Positions 50,614 through 64,000 of a DNA stretch of 64,000 nt are shown here, piece by piece (position 1 is the first letter of the stretch; each line of letters starts with the position of its first letter). Position numbers and translations under genes: made by a program. The notes under the pieces were generated by a model. It was not told the origin of the DNA. It worked only from the letters and a program-made list of their open reading frames with translations, and ran no database searches. Source of the stretch: the human T2T-CHM13v2.0 reference genome, Homo sapiens; assembly GCF_009914755.1 (NCBI RefSeq), contig NC_060947.1; one strand, given 5' to 3'.

Positions 50614-53048
50614 CAGATATACCTTTGAGATGTTGTGGGCTAAGTTCCAGACAACCGCAATACAGCAATTATCGCAATAAAGCAAGTCACATGAATGTTT
50701 TGTTTTCCCAGTGGATATAAAAATTATGTTTACACTATACTGTAGGTATATTAGCCATGCAATGGCATTATTTCTAAAAACCAATGTACATGCTTTAAAA
50801 ATATTTTACTGCTAAAAATTCTAATGATCATTTGAGCCTTCAGCAAATCACAGTCTTTTTGCTGGTAGAGGATCTTGCCTCAATATTGATGGCTGCTGAC
50901 TGATCAAGTTGGTGGTTGCTGAAGGTTGGAGTGACTATGACAATTTCTTCAAATAAGACAATGATGAAGTTTGCAGCATCAAGATTTCTCTGTAGCATGT
51001 AATGCTATTTAATAGCATTTTACCCACAGCAGAACTTCTTTCAAAATTGCAATCAATCTGCTCAAACCCTGCCACTGCTGTATCAACTAAATCGAAGGAA
51101 TATTCCAAATCCTCTATTGTCATTTCAACAATATTTATGGGACCTTCACCAGAAGCAGATTTCATCTTAAGAAACCATTTTTTTTTTTTGCTGATTCATA
51201 AGAAGCAAAGCCTCACTCATTAAAGTTTTTTTTTTTAAATAAGATTGCAGCAATTCAGTCACATATTCAGGTTCCCCTTCTAATTTCAATTCTCTTGTTA
51301 TTTCCACCACATGTACAGTTACTTCCTTCACTGAAGTCTTGAACACTTCCAAGTGATCCATGAGGGTTGGAATCAACTTCTTCCAAACTCCTTTTAATTT
51401 TGATATTTTGACTTTTTTCCCCATGAATTAAAATTGTTCCTAATGGTGTCTAGAATGGTGAAACCTTTTCAGAAGGTTTTAAATTTACTTTACATGGATC
51501 CATGAAAAGAATCACTATTTATGGTAGCTATAGCCTTATGAAATATATATTTCTTTAAACAAGAAAACTTGAAAGTCAAAATTATTTCTTGATCCACGGG
51601 CTTCAGAATGGATGTTGTGCTAGCAAGCATGGAAACAACATGAATCTCTTTGTACATCTCCATCAGAGCTCTTGGGTGACCTGGTGCATTGTCAATGAGA
51701 AGTAATATTTTGAAAGACATCTTTTGTTTTCTAAGCAGTATGGCTCAATAGTTGGCTTAAAATATTCAGTAAACCATGCTGTAAACAGATATGCTGTCCT
51801 CCAGGCTTCATTGTTACACTTACAGAACACAGGCAAGTGGAATTAGCATAATTCTCAAAGGCCCTAGGATTTTCAGAATGGTAAATGAGCACTGGCTTCA
51901 ACTTAGTGTCACCAGCTGCATTAGCCCCTAACAAGAGAGTCAATCTGTCCTTTGAAGCTTTGAAGCCAAGCATTGACTTCTTCTCTCTTGCTATGAAAGT
52001 CCTAGATGGCATCTTCTTCCAATAGAAGGCTATTTTGTCTACATTGAAAAACTATTATTTAGTGTAGCTAACTTCATTGATGATCTTAGCTAGATCTTCT
52101 GGATAACTTGCAGCTTCTACATCAGCACTTGCTACTTCATCTTGCACTTTTATGTTATGGAGATGGCTTCTTTCCTTAAACCTCATGAACCAACCTCTGC
52201 TAGCTTCAAACTTTACTTCTTCAGCTTCCTCACTTTTCTCAGCCTTCACAAAATTGAAGAAAGTTAGGGCCTCTGGATTAGGCTTTGGCTTGAGGGAATG
52301 TTGAGGCTTGTTTGATCTTCTATCCAGATCACTAAAATTTTCTCCATATCAGCAATAAGATTGTTTTGCTTTCTTATCATTTGTATGTTTCCTGGAGTAG
52401 CACTTTTAATTTTTTCAAGAACGTTTCCTATGCATTCACAATTTGACTAACTTGGGCAAGAGGCCTAGCTGAAAGCTAGCTTTCAGCTTTCACCATACCT
52501 TCCTCACTAAGCTTCACCATACTTTCCTTTCATCATACCTTCCTCACTAAGCTTAATCATTCCTAGCTTTTCATTTAAAGTGAGAGGCATGTGACTCTTT
52601 CCTTCATTTGAACACTTAGAGGCCATTGTAGGGTGAATAATTGGCCAAATTTCAATATTGTGTTTCTGGGAAGAGGAAGGCCCCAAAATGATCAAGTGTG
52701 GGGAGGAATGGGCTGTTGTTAGAGAAGTAAGAACACAGACAACATTAATCAATTATTATCAATTATTTGTTGTCTTATATGAACATGGTTTTTGGTGCCC
52801 CTAAACACTTAAAATAGTAGCACCAAAGATGACTGATCACAGTTAGCAATAACAGATACAATGATAATGAAAAAATTTGAAATCGTGTGAGAATTACTGA
52901 AATGTGGTACAGAAACATGAAGTTAGCACATGCTGTTGGAAAAACAAGACCATTAGACTTGTTTGATGCAGGGTTGTCACGAATTTTTAATTTGTAAAGA
53001 AATATCTGTGAAGCATAATACAAAAAAAACCCCACAATACCTGTGAAG
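50614..53048 (-). mobile_element. Near full-length Tigger1 (pogo/TcMar) DNA transposon with decayed transposase
   Basis: Left end CAGATATACCTTTGAGATGTTGTGGG; minus-strand peptides [70 protein letters not shown]; right TIR missing. Confidence 0.93.
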
Positions 53049-53393
53049 CTACAAAACAAGCCTCAATAAATTTAAAGAGGTTTATATCATCCTATGTATA
53101 TTTTCTGGCAACAATAAAATGAAACTAGAAATCAATGACAGGAGGAGAATTGAAAAATTCACAAATATGCGCAACTTAACAATATACAACATATTCTTAT
53201 GCTGTGAAGCATAATACAAAAAAACCCACAATATCTGTGAAGCTACAAAACAAGCCTCAATAAATTTAAAGAGGTTTAAATCATCCTATGTATATTTCCT
53301 GACCACAATAAAATGAAACTAGAAATCAATAACAGGAGAAAAATTGAAAAATTCACAGATATGCACAACTTAACAATATACAACATATTCTTA
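53006..53393. repeat. Tandem duplication, 2 x ~195 bp
   Basis: 53006-53199 and 53202-53393 align end to end with few differences. Confidence 0.92.
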
Positions 53394-55659
53394 AGTAATG
53401 AATAAGTCAACAAAAAAAAAGAAAAATTACAAAATAATTTGTGATGAATGAGAATGAAAATAGAACATACCAAGACTTATAGGATGCAGTGAAAGCATGG
53501 CTTAGAGGGGAATGTATAGCTGTAAATGCCTACATTGAAAAAGATACACAATCTCATATCAGTAACCTAACTTTACATTGTAAGAGATTAGAAAAAGCAG
53601 AGCAAACTAAACCCAAAGCCAAGAGAAGTAAGAAAATAGCAAAAATAAGAGAATAGAAAGAAAATAGGGAAAAATCAACCAAACCAAAAGTTGTTTCTTT
53701 GAAAAAAATCAACTAAATTTACAAACCTTTACCTAAATTCACTAAAAAAAGAGAGATGACCCAAATTCCTAAAAATCACAAATGAAAGTGTGGACACTAC
53801 TGCTGACCTTAAAGAAATAAAAATGATTATAAGATAATACTGTTAGCAAGTCTACATAAACAAATTAGAAAAGGAAGACAAAATGAACAAATTCCTAGAA
53901 AGGTACAAACTACAAAAACTGTCTCAAAAAGGAAATAATGAATCAGAACAGACCTACAACAACTAGAGATTGAATCAATAATTCAAAACTTCCCATTCCT
54001 GAACAGCTCAGCACTAAATGGCTTCACTGCTGAATTATACCCTATCTCATACCATATAAAAATTTTAAACATAAAATTGATCAAATATCGAAATGAGGAA
54101 GCTGAAAGTAAAAAAAAAGTCTTAGAAGAAAGATTTACACTTAGAAGTGTAAATCTTTGTGACATTGAATTTGGCAATAGATTCTTAGATGTCACACCAA
54201 AAGCACAAGCAATAAGAAAAAAAATAGGTAAATTAGACTTCAAATTTTTAAAAAAAATGTGCATCAAAGGACATTATAAAAATGGTGAAAACACAATCAC
54301 AATATAGGAGAAAATATTTGCAAACTATGTATTTGATAAGGGTGTAGTGCCCAAGATATAAGAATAACTCTTACAACTCTACATCAATGACAGCAACAAC
54401 CCAATTAAAAATGAGCAAAGGGCTTGAATAGCCACTTCTCTAAAGGAGATACCCAAATGATGACAAACAGACACATGAAAATATGCTTAACATCATTAGT
54501 CATTAAGGTAATGTAAATCAAAGCCACAATATATCACTTCACACCCATTACAATAGCCATAATCAAAAAATGCAAAATGAGCGTTGGCAAGGATGTTGAA
54601 AAATTGCTGATGGAAACATAAAATGGTGCAGCTGCTGTGAAGACCAGTTTGGTGGTTCCTTAAATTAAACATAGAATTACCCTATGACCCAGCAATTCCA
54701 CTCCTATTTACCCAAGATATTTGAAAATAGATGTTCAAACAAAAACTTATACATAAAATGTGCATAGCAGCACTATTTATAGAAGCCAAAAAGTGGAAAA
54801 CAACTCTCAAATGTTGATCAAAGGGTCTTCAAAGGAAACTTCTCATTACCAAACTAAAATTGATTCTCAATATATGAAAGGAAATTCCATTTTCAGGAGT
54901 TCAGACTCAAAGTTTCATTCCTATCTATAAGTAGATAAACAAAATATACATCCATACAATGACATATTATTCAGCCACAAAAAGAATGAAGTATTGATAT
55001 GTGCTACCATGTGGATGAATCTTTAAAACATTATACTAAGTGAAAAAAAAAAAAAACCAGACACAAAGGGTCACATGTTGTGTGATTTCATTTATATGAA
55101 ATATCCAAAATTTTTAAATCCATGAAGACAGAAAGCAAATTGTTGTTTTCCAGGAGCTGGGGGAAGGGTTTAATGGGGAGTAACTGCTTAATGAATACCG
55201 TATTTCCTTTAGGGATGATGAAAATGATTTTGAACTTGATATAGGCAGTGGCTGTACAACATTGTGAATGTCCCAAATGCCATTGAAATGTACACTTTAA
55301 AATGATTAGTTTTATGTTATGTGAATTTTGCCTTAATAAAAATAAATGGTATATAAATGCAATCATACAGTATGTGACCTTTTGAGATTAGATGTTTTCA
55401 TTCAGCATAATTCCCCTGAGATCCATCTAAGTCATCTGCCTTTTTTGTCTTCAGAAAAACTGATGAAAGAGTCAGTGCCAAGCACAAAGCCAGCTAACAT
55501 GTCAGTGGCATTCTCTACCTATGTTAACATTGCTCCCTTTGTATTTGTGTACACTTCTACCAGGTGTAATGACACTTCTCTGTCCTATCAGCTAGTCTAC
55601 ATTTCTCTCTCTTGTTCCTAAAGCGATATTAAAATTCTTTGCTGAATTTAATAAGTATC

Positions 55660-55945
55660 TAAATTAGTTATTATTGCTGCTGTAACAAACTATCACAAAT
55701 GTAGAGGCTTAAAACTACAGAAATTTATCTTACGGTTCTGGAAGTCAGAAATGTGAAGTGGGCTTCACTTGACTAAAATCAAGGTGTTGTCAGGGCTGCA
55801 TTCCTTTTGGAGACTCCAAGACAGAATATGTCTCCCAGCCTTTTCCAGTTTTTAGAGACTGCCAGCATTCCTTGCCTAGTGGTCTCTCTGTCTTCAAATT
55901 ACATCACTCCTACCTCTGCTTCCATCATCACAGCCCCTCTCTTTC
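55660..55945 (-). mobile_element. MLT1 LTR fragment
   Basis: ATTGCTGCTGTAACAAACTATCACAAA...GGTTCTGGAAGTCAGAA...CTAAAATCAAGGTGT. Confidence 0.75.
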
Positions 55946-55976
55946 TGGATGGGTCATTTTTTAGTTGACCAAAGTA

Positions 55977-56431
<455 letters not shown>

Positions 56432-59400
56432 TAGCCTTTCAAGGATACCAATCTAATCTGTCAACTGCAATGCATTAAATGAAGTGAGTGGAAAGAACCA
56501 CAGTAAACTGGATATGCCAAATACGCTACAGCAAGGTTGGACATCCACAAACTGACTTTTTTGAGTTATGAATTTTATTAAAGCATAATTAGTACTGCTT
56601 TTTCCCACACTCTGCCAGTTTGGGGGCAATGCTTGGGATATTTTGCAGACAAAATATGCATTGATTAATGATTCCTTCTGGTGTCTCTTCACTAAGATAT
56701 TATTTTGGTGGTTTGTATTATTGATTTACATTTTCTTACAGTAAAAGCAAAGTAATAATTTGTATTAATAAATAGAATAAACTGATACTTATTCGTTTGA
56801 CTTATAATACAACCAGCTCTCTAGAAGGCAGAAGAAAAGAGAGACAACATAATCTCAGAAAAGCTAAGCATTTCTTCTAAATATATGTAAAATGCAAAAT
56901 ACGGCAATGCATTTAATGTATATTTTATATATATAAACAAGACAGTAATGTACATATATGTCCCCACATAAAGTAAATATTACGTGGATGTGTTTTCTCC
57001 CCTTAAAATGTGAAAGCATATCCCAATGGGAGCATTTTTTTTAATCCTTACCCATACCGGGTCTTCAAAAAAATTTCCCATTACCAAACTAAAATCTATT
57101 CTCAATATATAAAAGGAAATTCCTTTTTCAGGAGTTCAGACCCAAAGTTTCATTTCTATCTATTGCAATTACTAGCTGTATACATAAAAACCTAAAAAAA
57201 TTTCACCATACCTTCTGAGTAACATTGAGAATACTGGAACATGTATTCTCTCTGTCTGTGATTCCACAGGGACCTTAGTAGCTTCCTAGCTTAAATGTTA
57301 TCTACTAGGTTTTGTGACATCTGCACATTTATTTAATAAACTTTTTTTTTTCTGGGGATCCATTGAATATGTTGACTGAGTAGGGCTAAAGACAGACACT
57401 AAAGCAAGGAAGTCCCTTTAGGACACTCATGGCAGATAGGCCTTCAATCTTTAGATGCTTCCTAAAACTGCTTTAGGGTTTTTTGAAGTTGCCTGCTACC
57501 CTCTCTTTCTCTCTCTTCCTTCCCATCCATCCCATGCTACCTGCTTTGATGATCATGCCCTTTGCTTTGTATTTACACATATATCTGGTTGGAATATTTT
57601 GATATAAGGGAGTTACTGAGGATCTCTCTTTAAGCTTCAGTTTCATTCTGTGTCACTAAGTCCAGGGGACAGAAATCTCTTTTTTACAGATGGTGAACTC
57701 TATTAATGTTTCCATAATATCTTTGCTGCAGTTTGTAGCAACTGTGGATTTGCCTTACCTTACCTTTTCTCTATATGTTGTCACATTATTTATTTTTAAT
57801 CAAATGATATATATTGATATTTCATTGTTTCTGTGTTTTTCTTTGTTTCCATTTGTCTCTCTAAGCTGTGAGCTGACAGGGTTGAGAGCCAGACTTTGAA
57901 ATGAGTCAGCTGTGTAGAGCCCAGACACTGAAAGAGGTTTCCTTAGCAACGGGAGATGTGTGGGAAAGCCTTATGCACACTATAGCTTAGGAAGCAGGAT
58001 TTACTGGCTGAGGCACAAAGCTTTCCTTCGGTCCTGGAGTTATATTCTTAGTACAGGGATACTTGGTCTGTGTTAGTTTTAGCTAACAAACATTGTAAAA
58101 TTTCTTCTCAACATAAACTTTGCATTATGTGAAAATAAATTAAATACTGATATTTAGCACATACTGTTTCAAAAATAACTGTAAAATCAATAAAGCACTA
58201 TTGACCAAAGGGGCCAAGCTTGAATCAAAGGTAAATAACAAAGGCATCTTGTTGATCTCATCACAAATACATACACTGCAACAATGACTTCAATCTGGAA
58301 AATGTCTTACCTCCATACTTATCTATAACGCTTTCCTTAAATACATGGAAAATATGTGACACCTGGCAGGTTTCCTAGAAGATATTTGATCTTTCAGATG
58401 GCCAATCTTTATTTGATCTGTTGTCAATTGATTTAATTGGTTAAACATGGTATTAAGCTAGCCAAGACTTTAGGTGCAATACCCCGTTCCTCTCAATCCT
58501 AGGTGGTTGCATTGTGAGACAGGTATTTGGCAAAAATGAAAGAATCAGTGCATTTTCACCTTCACTGCTGAAGACGCAACACCAAAGACATTATTTCTAT
58601 TATCTAGACTACTATGTAATGTTCATAAACTCTAAGTGCCATGCTAATTCTTATTTCTGCATTAGTATAACAATATTAAAGGCACAGCTATAGATTTAGC
58701 AACCTACTTTATTCAAAACAAATAGTCTTATGGCTGAAATGAGAGGATGTTTGTGTTGGTTGTCTTTTATTAGGTAGGCTCTAAATAGAAAGAATGCCTA
58801 TAAAAATGTTTTACAAATAAATATATCATTTTCGCTATTCTGCCTCCTTTTCGTCTTGGTAGTACTGAGGTAGTAAAATTAACTCAAAAGCCAATAACAA
58901 GTTTGTTGAATAATTAGTATGTTTTAACAAGTATACAGCACATAGTTTGCGCTTAGCAAGTGCTTATTAAATGAATGGGTGAGTGAATAATATTCCCGAC
59001 TGGTTTTAACCAGTCTCTCTCATGGACTCCCTGTCTTCCATCTAATCCCCCCAAATTGCGAGTATTAACCAATGTCCTATATTATGGTTTCAAATGTCAC
59101 ATAACTTGCCAATTTAATCCTTTCATTTGAGTCCTAGTTGTAATAACTCTACCTGGATACTAGACATGTTTTTTGAATTGTGAGTTCTTTACCCCGAAAC
59201 CAATTATGTCCATAAGTGAACTCCGTTTCCCACAGCTACCATATCCAATCAAATTCAGTTTTATTCCAAATAACTTTGTCCCTGTTAATAACATTTTTAT
59301 TCTCTTAGGCTATTCAGACTTAAAATTTTGAGTCATCTTTGGCAATTTCTACTCACATAGCTCTTATTCCAGTTAGTCACAGACCCTATTCATTTCCTTT

Positions 59401-60232
59401 CAAAACGACTGTCATTTCCATCCATATTATGTTCCTTCTCAAGATTTTGTCTTCTCATCCTTAGATTACTGGAAAAGCCTCCTAGCCAAGGCCCCGGGTA
59501 CTGAGTTCTCCTTTACCCCAAATTACCTCAAGTGCTCTCCCTTTCTGCTATCTCCTACAGCATTTAAAATTTATGTCTCTCAGTTTAGCACTGAATTACA
59601 TAGTTTTACACTGGTCCTCATTGCTGCATATAAAGTTCATTTCCCTGATATATTATAAATTCCAAGAGGCATTAATTTCTTAAACTGCTCTGTATATTTT
59701 ACAGCCCTGAGCAGACTAGCCACTCAAAAACTTAAGAAAGGCGTATGAGTAAAACTAAAGAGAAAGTAGGGTGGTAGGAAACAGGCAAGATGAGGAGAAA
59801 ATAAAGAGGAAATGAAAGGGAGTTTCTCTATGCAAAATTTCCCTTAAAGGAGCGATATCCCCCAATCCTGATCCACTCTGCCCCTGTTGCACTTGCCCTA
59901 GTCAAGTAGATAAGAAACTGTATTCTTTACCTTACTTGTCACCTTTTGGTTGGACTGAATAATCTGATAGACAGGTAGCAATGGCAGAAGTGAGCTCTTA
60001 GACTTAGCATCAGAATAGAGCCTGTGATGGAGCTGATGTCTTGGCTAAAGTACTGAATTTTGAGAAGGTTTGGAGAAGCATTGGGGAATAAAGCACCTTC
60101 GCTAAAGAAACAATAAAGCCTCGCATTTGTCTTGCAGGGACCACTGCCAAAAGTTTGTCAGCATTCTACATCTCCGGTTTCCTACTGCCTTTCACACACA
60201 CAAAAATGTTAAACAACAATGTCTTATGCTTG

Positions 60233-60588
60233 TGCTATGGTCTGCATATTTGTGTCCCCTCAAAATTCAAATGTTGATACCTGAAATTCCCAATGCAATA
60301 GTAGTGAGAATTTGGGGCCTTTGAGAGGAGATTATTTGATAAAGGCAGAGCCCTTGAGAATGGGATTAGTGCCCTTATAAAAGAGATGCTAAAAACTTTG
60401 CGTCATCTGCCATGTGAGGACACACAGAAGGTGCCATCTATGGGGAAGAGGCCCTTACCAGACATGAATCTGCTGGGGCTTTGATCTTGGATTTCCCAGT
60501 CTCCAGAACTGTAAGCAATACATTTCTGTTGTTTATAAATTACCCAGTCTAAGATATTTTGTTATAGAAGCCCAAAGAGACTAAAACA
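60233..60588 (+). mobile_element. MLT1A/MST-type solo LTR
   Basis: TGCTATGGTCTG...GTCCCCTCAAAATTCA...GGGATTAGTGCCCTTATAAAAGAG...TTTTGTTATAG...CTAAAACA. Confidence 0.8.
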
Positions 60589-61864
60589 GTTGTAACACTG
60601 TTAATCAGAAGATGCTTCAATATGTTTCAATAACATACAGCCTCAAAATCTCAAAAGATTAATACACAAGTATTTATTTCTCACACACGTAAGGCCAATT
60701 GGGAATCATTTGGGGGTAGGATTTTCTGCTATTTAGTGACTCAGTGATTTACACCTCTTCTATCTTACAATGCTATCATTTCAACATATTATCTCTGCAG
60801 TTGCTAAAGAAGGGGAATAGAGAGCTTAGATAGCACACCAACTTGTAATGCTTTGACTTAATAGTGACCCACATCTTATGTACGCAAAACCCATTGGCCA
60901 AAGTGTTTATATGGTCCCAACATAACTAAAAACATACTGGGCTATTTAGGGGAACACATGAAAAATTTGGAGAGTACTACTGTCTTCCAGGAGAACCTTT
61001 ATGTTATCCAATAAATTTCACACCTGTTTCTTACTTGATTCCTGTAACAGTTCTATGAGGTGTACAGAGCAGATAGCCACTCCTTCATAGAAATGTAGCA
61101 ACTAATTCCCACAGGGTACAATGACTTTTCTAAGGTCACAAATTTGACTGATATAGAGGTTGAATTAGAACCCAGGATGCCTCGGTTCACTCCTTAGTTC
61201 TTCGTGTTTCAAAAAATTTCCTCCTGAAAGGAAAAAAATTAAGTTCCAGGAAGAATCCTAGAAGCTAAAGGTGGTCCACTCACTCAGCCAATTTCAGCCA
61301 CTTTCAGATATAAAATGTGATTCTCTATATTCCAAATATATTAATAAATAATATATTAAAACATTAGGAATCTTTTAAAAAGAGATTATTGTATATTTGA
61401 TAGCAAAAAAGAAAATTAATTTGGTAGCAAAATTAATATTTACTGGCAAAAAAGAAAATTAAAAAACTCTGTTGATCTGACAGCAATTAGCACCACAAAG
61501 CAGTTTTAAGGAAATAGTAGAGAAAGAAAATCTTGATTAATACGCAAAAGGGATACTGAAAGGAAATCTAATCAGAGGAAGTTTAATATTAATTATGTGG
61601 TCTTATGTCATGATCATTTGACATTACACACACAAGAGTTAATATAGTGTGCTAGACAGATAATTTGGTCAACTGGATTTCAAAATAATTAATATTATCC
61701 ATTCATTACTATGCCTCTCCTTATACTCATCTCTCCCATACTTATGTACCCCTGTTTTACTACTTGTCATATTGTGTTTTAATCATTGATGTTGGTGTCT
61801 CTTCCCTCCCCCAGATTTTGAAGACAAGCACTGTGTTTTATTGGTTGTTATAGTCACAACACAT

Positions 61865-62500
61865 AGTGCAGTGCTCCTACCTCTCTTGTTACTTCTCTGA
61901 AGATTCTTCAGCTTTTGTTAATCACTTGCTCTTCCATGTTCCTCAATGTTCTGTCCTACATCTTCTTCTCTTCTCAATCTATACTCTCCTCTTGGGAGAT
62001 TTTAGCTACTCTCATGGATTTAAGTACCATCAATATTGTGATGATCCTTGATCTCTATTTCTAATTGATCTTTAGACCCATCATTCATTGTCTACAAGAC
62101 CTCTCCACTGGTCCTGAAACTCAAAACATTTCTAGTTGACTCAATTTTCTCCCTCCCAACCCCCAAAGTGCTGTTGATTCTATGTTCTCTAGCTCTTTGA
62201 ATGGCACCATCATCTAACTAGTTGTTCAAGCCAGATATGGAGGAGTCATTTTTCTTCCCCCCAATCATCCACTATGATCAATCAATCACAAAATTCTACC
62301 CATTCTACTTCATTAAAAATCTCTCAGATACATGAAATTTATTTCCGTCTCCACTTCCATTGTACTAATCATGACACTATTACCTCCCAACTGGAATACT
62401 CCAGTCTTTCCTCTTCTACCTCACTTTCCATACTTCAGAGAGAGTAATCTGTCTAAAATACCAATAAGATCTTATTGCTTCCATATTTAAAAATAATTAA
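61865..62500 (+). mobile_element. L2 fragment
   Basis: CTTCTTCTCTTCTCAATCTATACTCTC...CTCTCATGGATTTAAGTACCATC..., TGAATGGCACCATCATC. Confidence 0.7.
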
Positions 62501-63122
62501 TACTCTGTTATTACTAGGTGCTTTGAGTATACAAAGAAGGAAACATACATGATTCTTGTTTTTAAGGAGCTTGAAGTATAAATTAGAGTGGTGATGGAAA
62601 GAAAATAACTAAAGTTTTTTTAATACCAACAACAGAAACTGACTCTGGCTAACTTAAGCAAAATTTAAATAATATATATTAAAAGAATAGTAGATAGTTT
62701 CCAAAACCAATAAGAAGTCTGAAAAAGTAGGTTTGGAAAAGAGTCAAGAACCAAAGGTAACTAGGCAGCAAAAAAATATAGCCAAAGTCACTCCACAGGA
62801 GCAGCTGATGTTGGCACTACTGCCTCTGGCCACTGACTCTACCGTGTTAATGAATAATCTTTACCTGTCCACATTTCTTTGCATCATTCCCTTAAAATTC
62901 AAAATCCCAGAAGGAACCATTCAATTAGAGAAGTCTAAGTCATGCATTCATGACTACATGCCAGGGAGGAAGGAGTGGGAGTATCTGGTTACTTCAAAAT
63001 CCATGAAGGAGATGGAGCTCTAATTCCCACCAAGACTCACACAATGGAAGATTCTCTCAGAATAGAAAGGTTGTTTAGAGAGTAAGCAGCTCCCAAAAGT
63101 GACAACTATATATAAATATATG

Positions 63123-63470
63123 CAAGTTTACAATTCTTTATCCAAAAGCCTTGGGAAAAGATGTATTTGGGAATTCATAAATTTTCAAACTCAGAAGAGT
63201 AACAAGGTTGATATACCATATATTAAGTAATATGATGAGTGGGATTTGGAGCAATATCCCATAATTAAATACACTTATATTTCTTAATTGAAATATATTA
63301 CTATTAACACTAAACTTGGATAAATAAAGACTAGAAAGAGCCTTACTTCAGTTCAAGTTAGGTTTCACTACCAAATAATTTCAGGTCAGACCAGATTTTT
63401 TAATGAATTATGAAAAAATTTCTATTTTCATGACTTTGGGGATTTAAACATTGTAAGAAAGAGTTGATTG
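63123..63470. mobile_element. Ancient Tigger-like non-autonomous element (MamRep434/MER46-like)
   Basis: CAAGTTTACAATTCTTTATCCAAAAGCCTTGGG...TGTATTTGGGAATTC resembles recalled consensus; weak. Confidence 0.4.
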
Positions 63471-64000
63471 TCTTGTTTGTGTTAAGCAACATAAATATTA
63501 ATCAAAGTTTCTCAGATAAAGGACACAATTATTCTGAAGAGATCAAGGAACAATCATCCTAGTCTATCTTAAAAGATTACTAGGATTTGAATGGACCTGA
63601 ATGTGAGGAAGGACATAAACTCTGGAAGGCATAGCATGAGGAAACACTCTTGGATGGGAAAAAAAGAAAATATGTGAAGGATAGCTTAGATGAAAGTTTT
63701 AGGGTCTGTGAAGGGGAAGGGCAGGACATAACCTTGAAAGGTTGAGAACTAGATTAAGGGAGTTCTCCAACCAAGGGGGAGTCATTGAAAGTTTTGAATA
63801 TAAAATTATAAAATCAGAGCTATGCTTTGTAAAGATTAATCTGGTTGTACTGTGTCAGTTTCAAACCATCTATATAGATAAATTCTATCTGGTGTCACAG
63901 GAGGTGTTTATACAATTGAAATCCATATTCTCTTGTCCTTGTCTCAGTAAAGATAAACAGCTGCTCAACACCAACAAGTCAATATTACCACACTTGCAGA

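Noticed and set aside
50935-52752. Possible domesticated Tigger transposase (TIGD1-like)
   Set aside because: The frame is broken into at least six pieces by stops and frameshifts; an ordinary Tigger1 fossil.

Overview
Primate (almost certainly human) genomic DNA, AT-rich and dominated by L1/LTR/DNA-transposon relics, as expected for the X chromosome. The only gene-like content is (i) a MAGE-A-type locus on the + strand (single coding exon 21172-22224, broken by exactly one in-frame TGA; it matches my recollection of MAGEA13P), preceded by a ~4.6 kb array of ~18 degenerate ~220-bp units resembling MAGE-A promoter/first-exon modules, and (ii) a convergent processed keratin-8 pseudogene (25862-27392, - strand) missing its start codon and head domain. 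The rest is nested transposons: a full-length L1PB with TSD, and a 13-kb old L1MB-type host carrying a young L1PA, an MST LTR, two twin-primed L1s, two Alus and a near full-length Tigger1. I see no evidence for a wholly new biological system. The best candidates for a second look are the near-intact MAGE ORF (possible re-initiated MHD-only product), the A/B higher-order structure of the MAGE upstream array, two cases of repeated retrotransposition into the same target site, a 105-bp templated insertion copied from 2.2 kb away, template-switch scars, and an Alu whose poly(A) tail is replaced by a G-quadruplex-like tract. Subfamily names are from recalled consensus sequences, not a RepeatMasker run. 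Many repeat boundaries are approximate.
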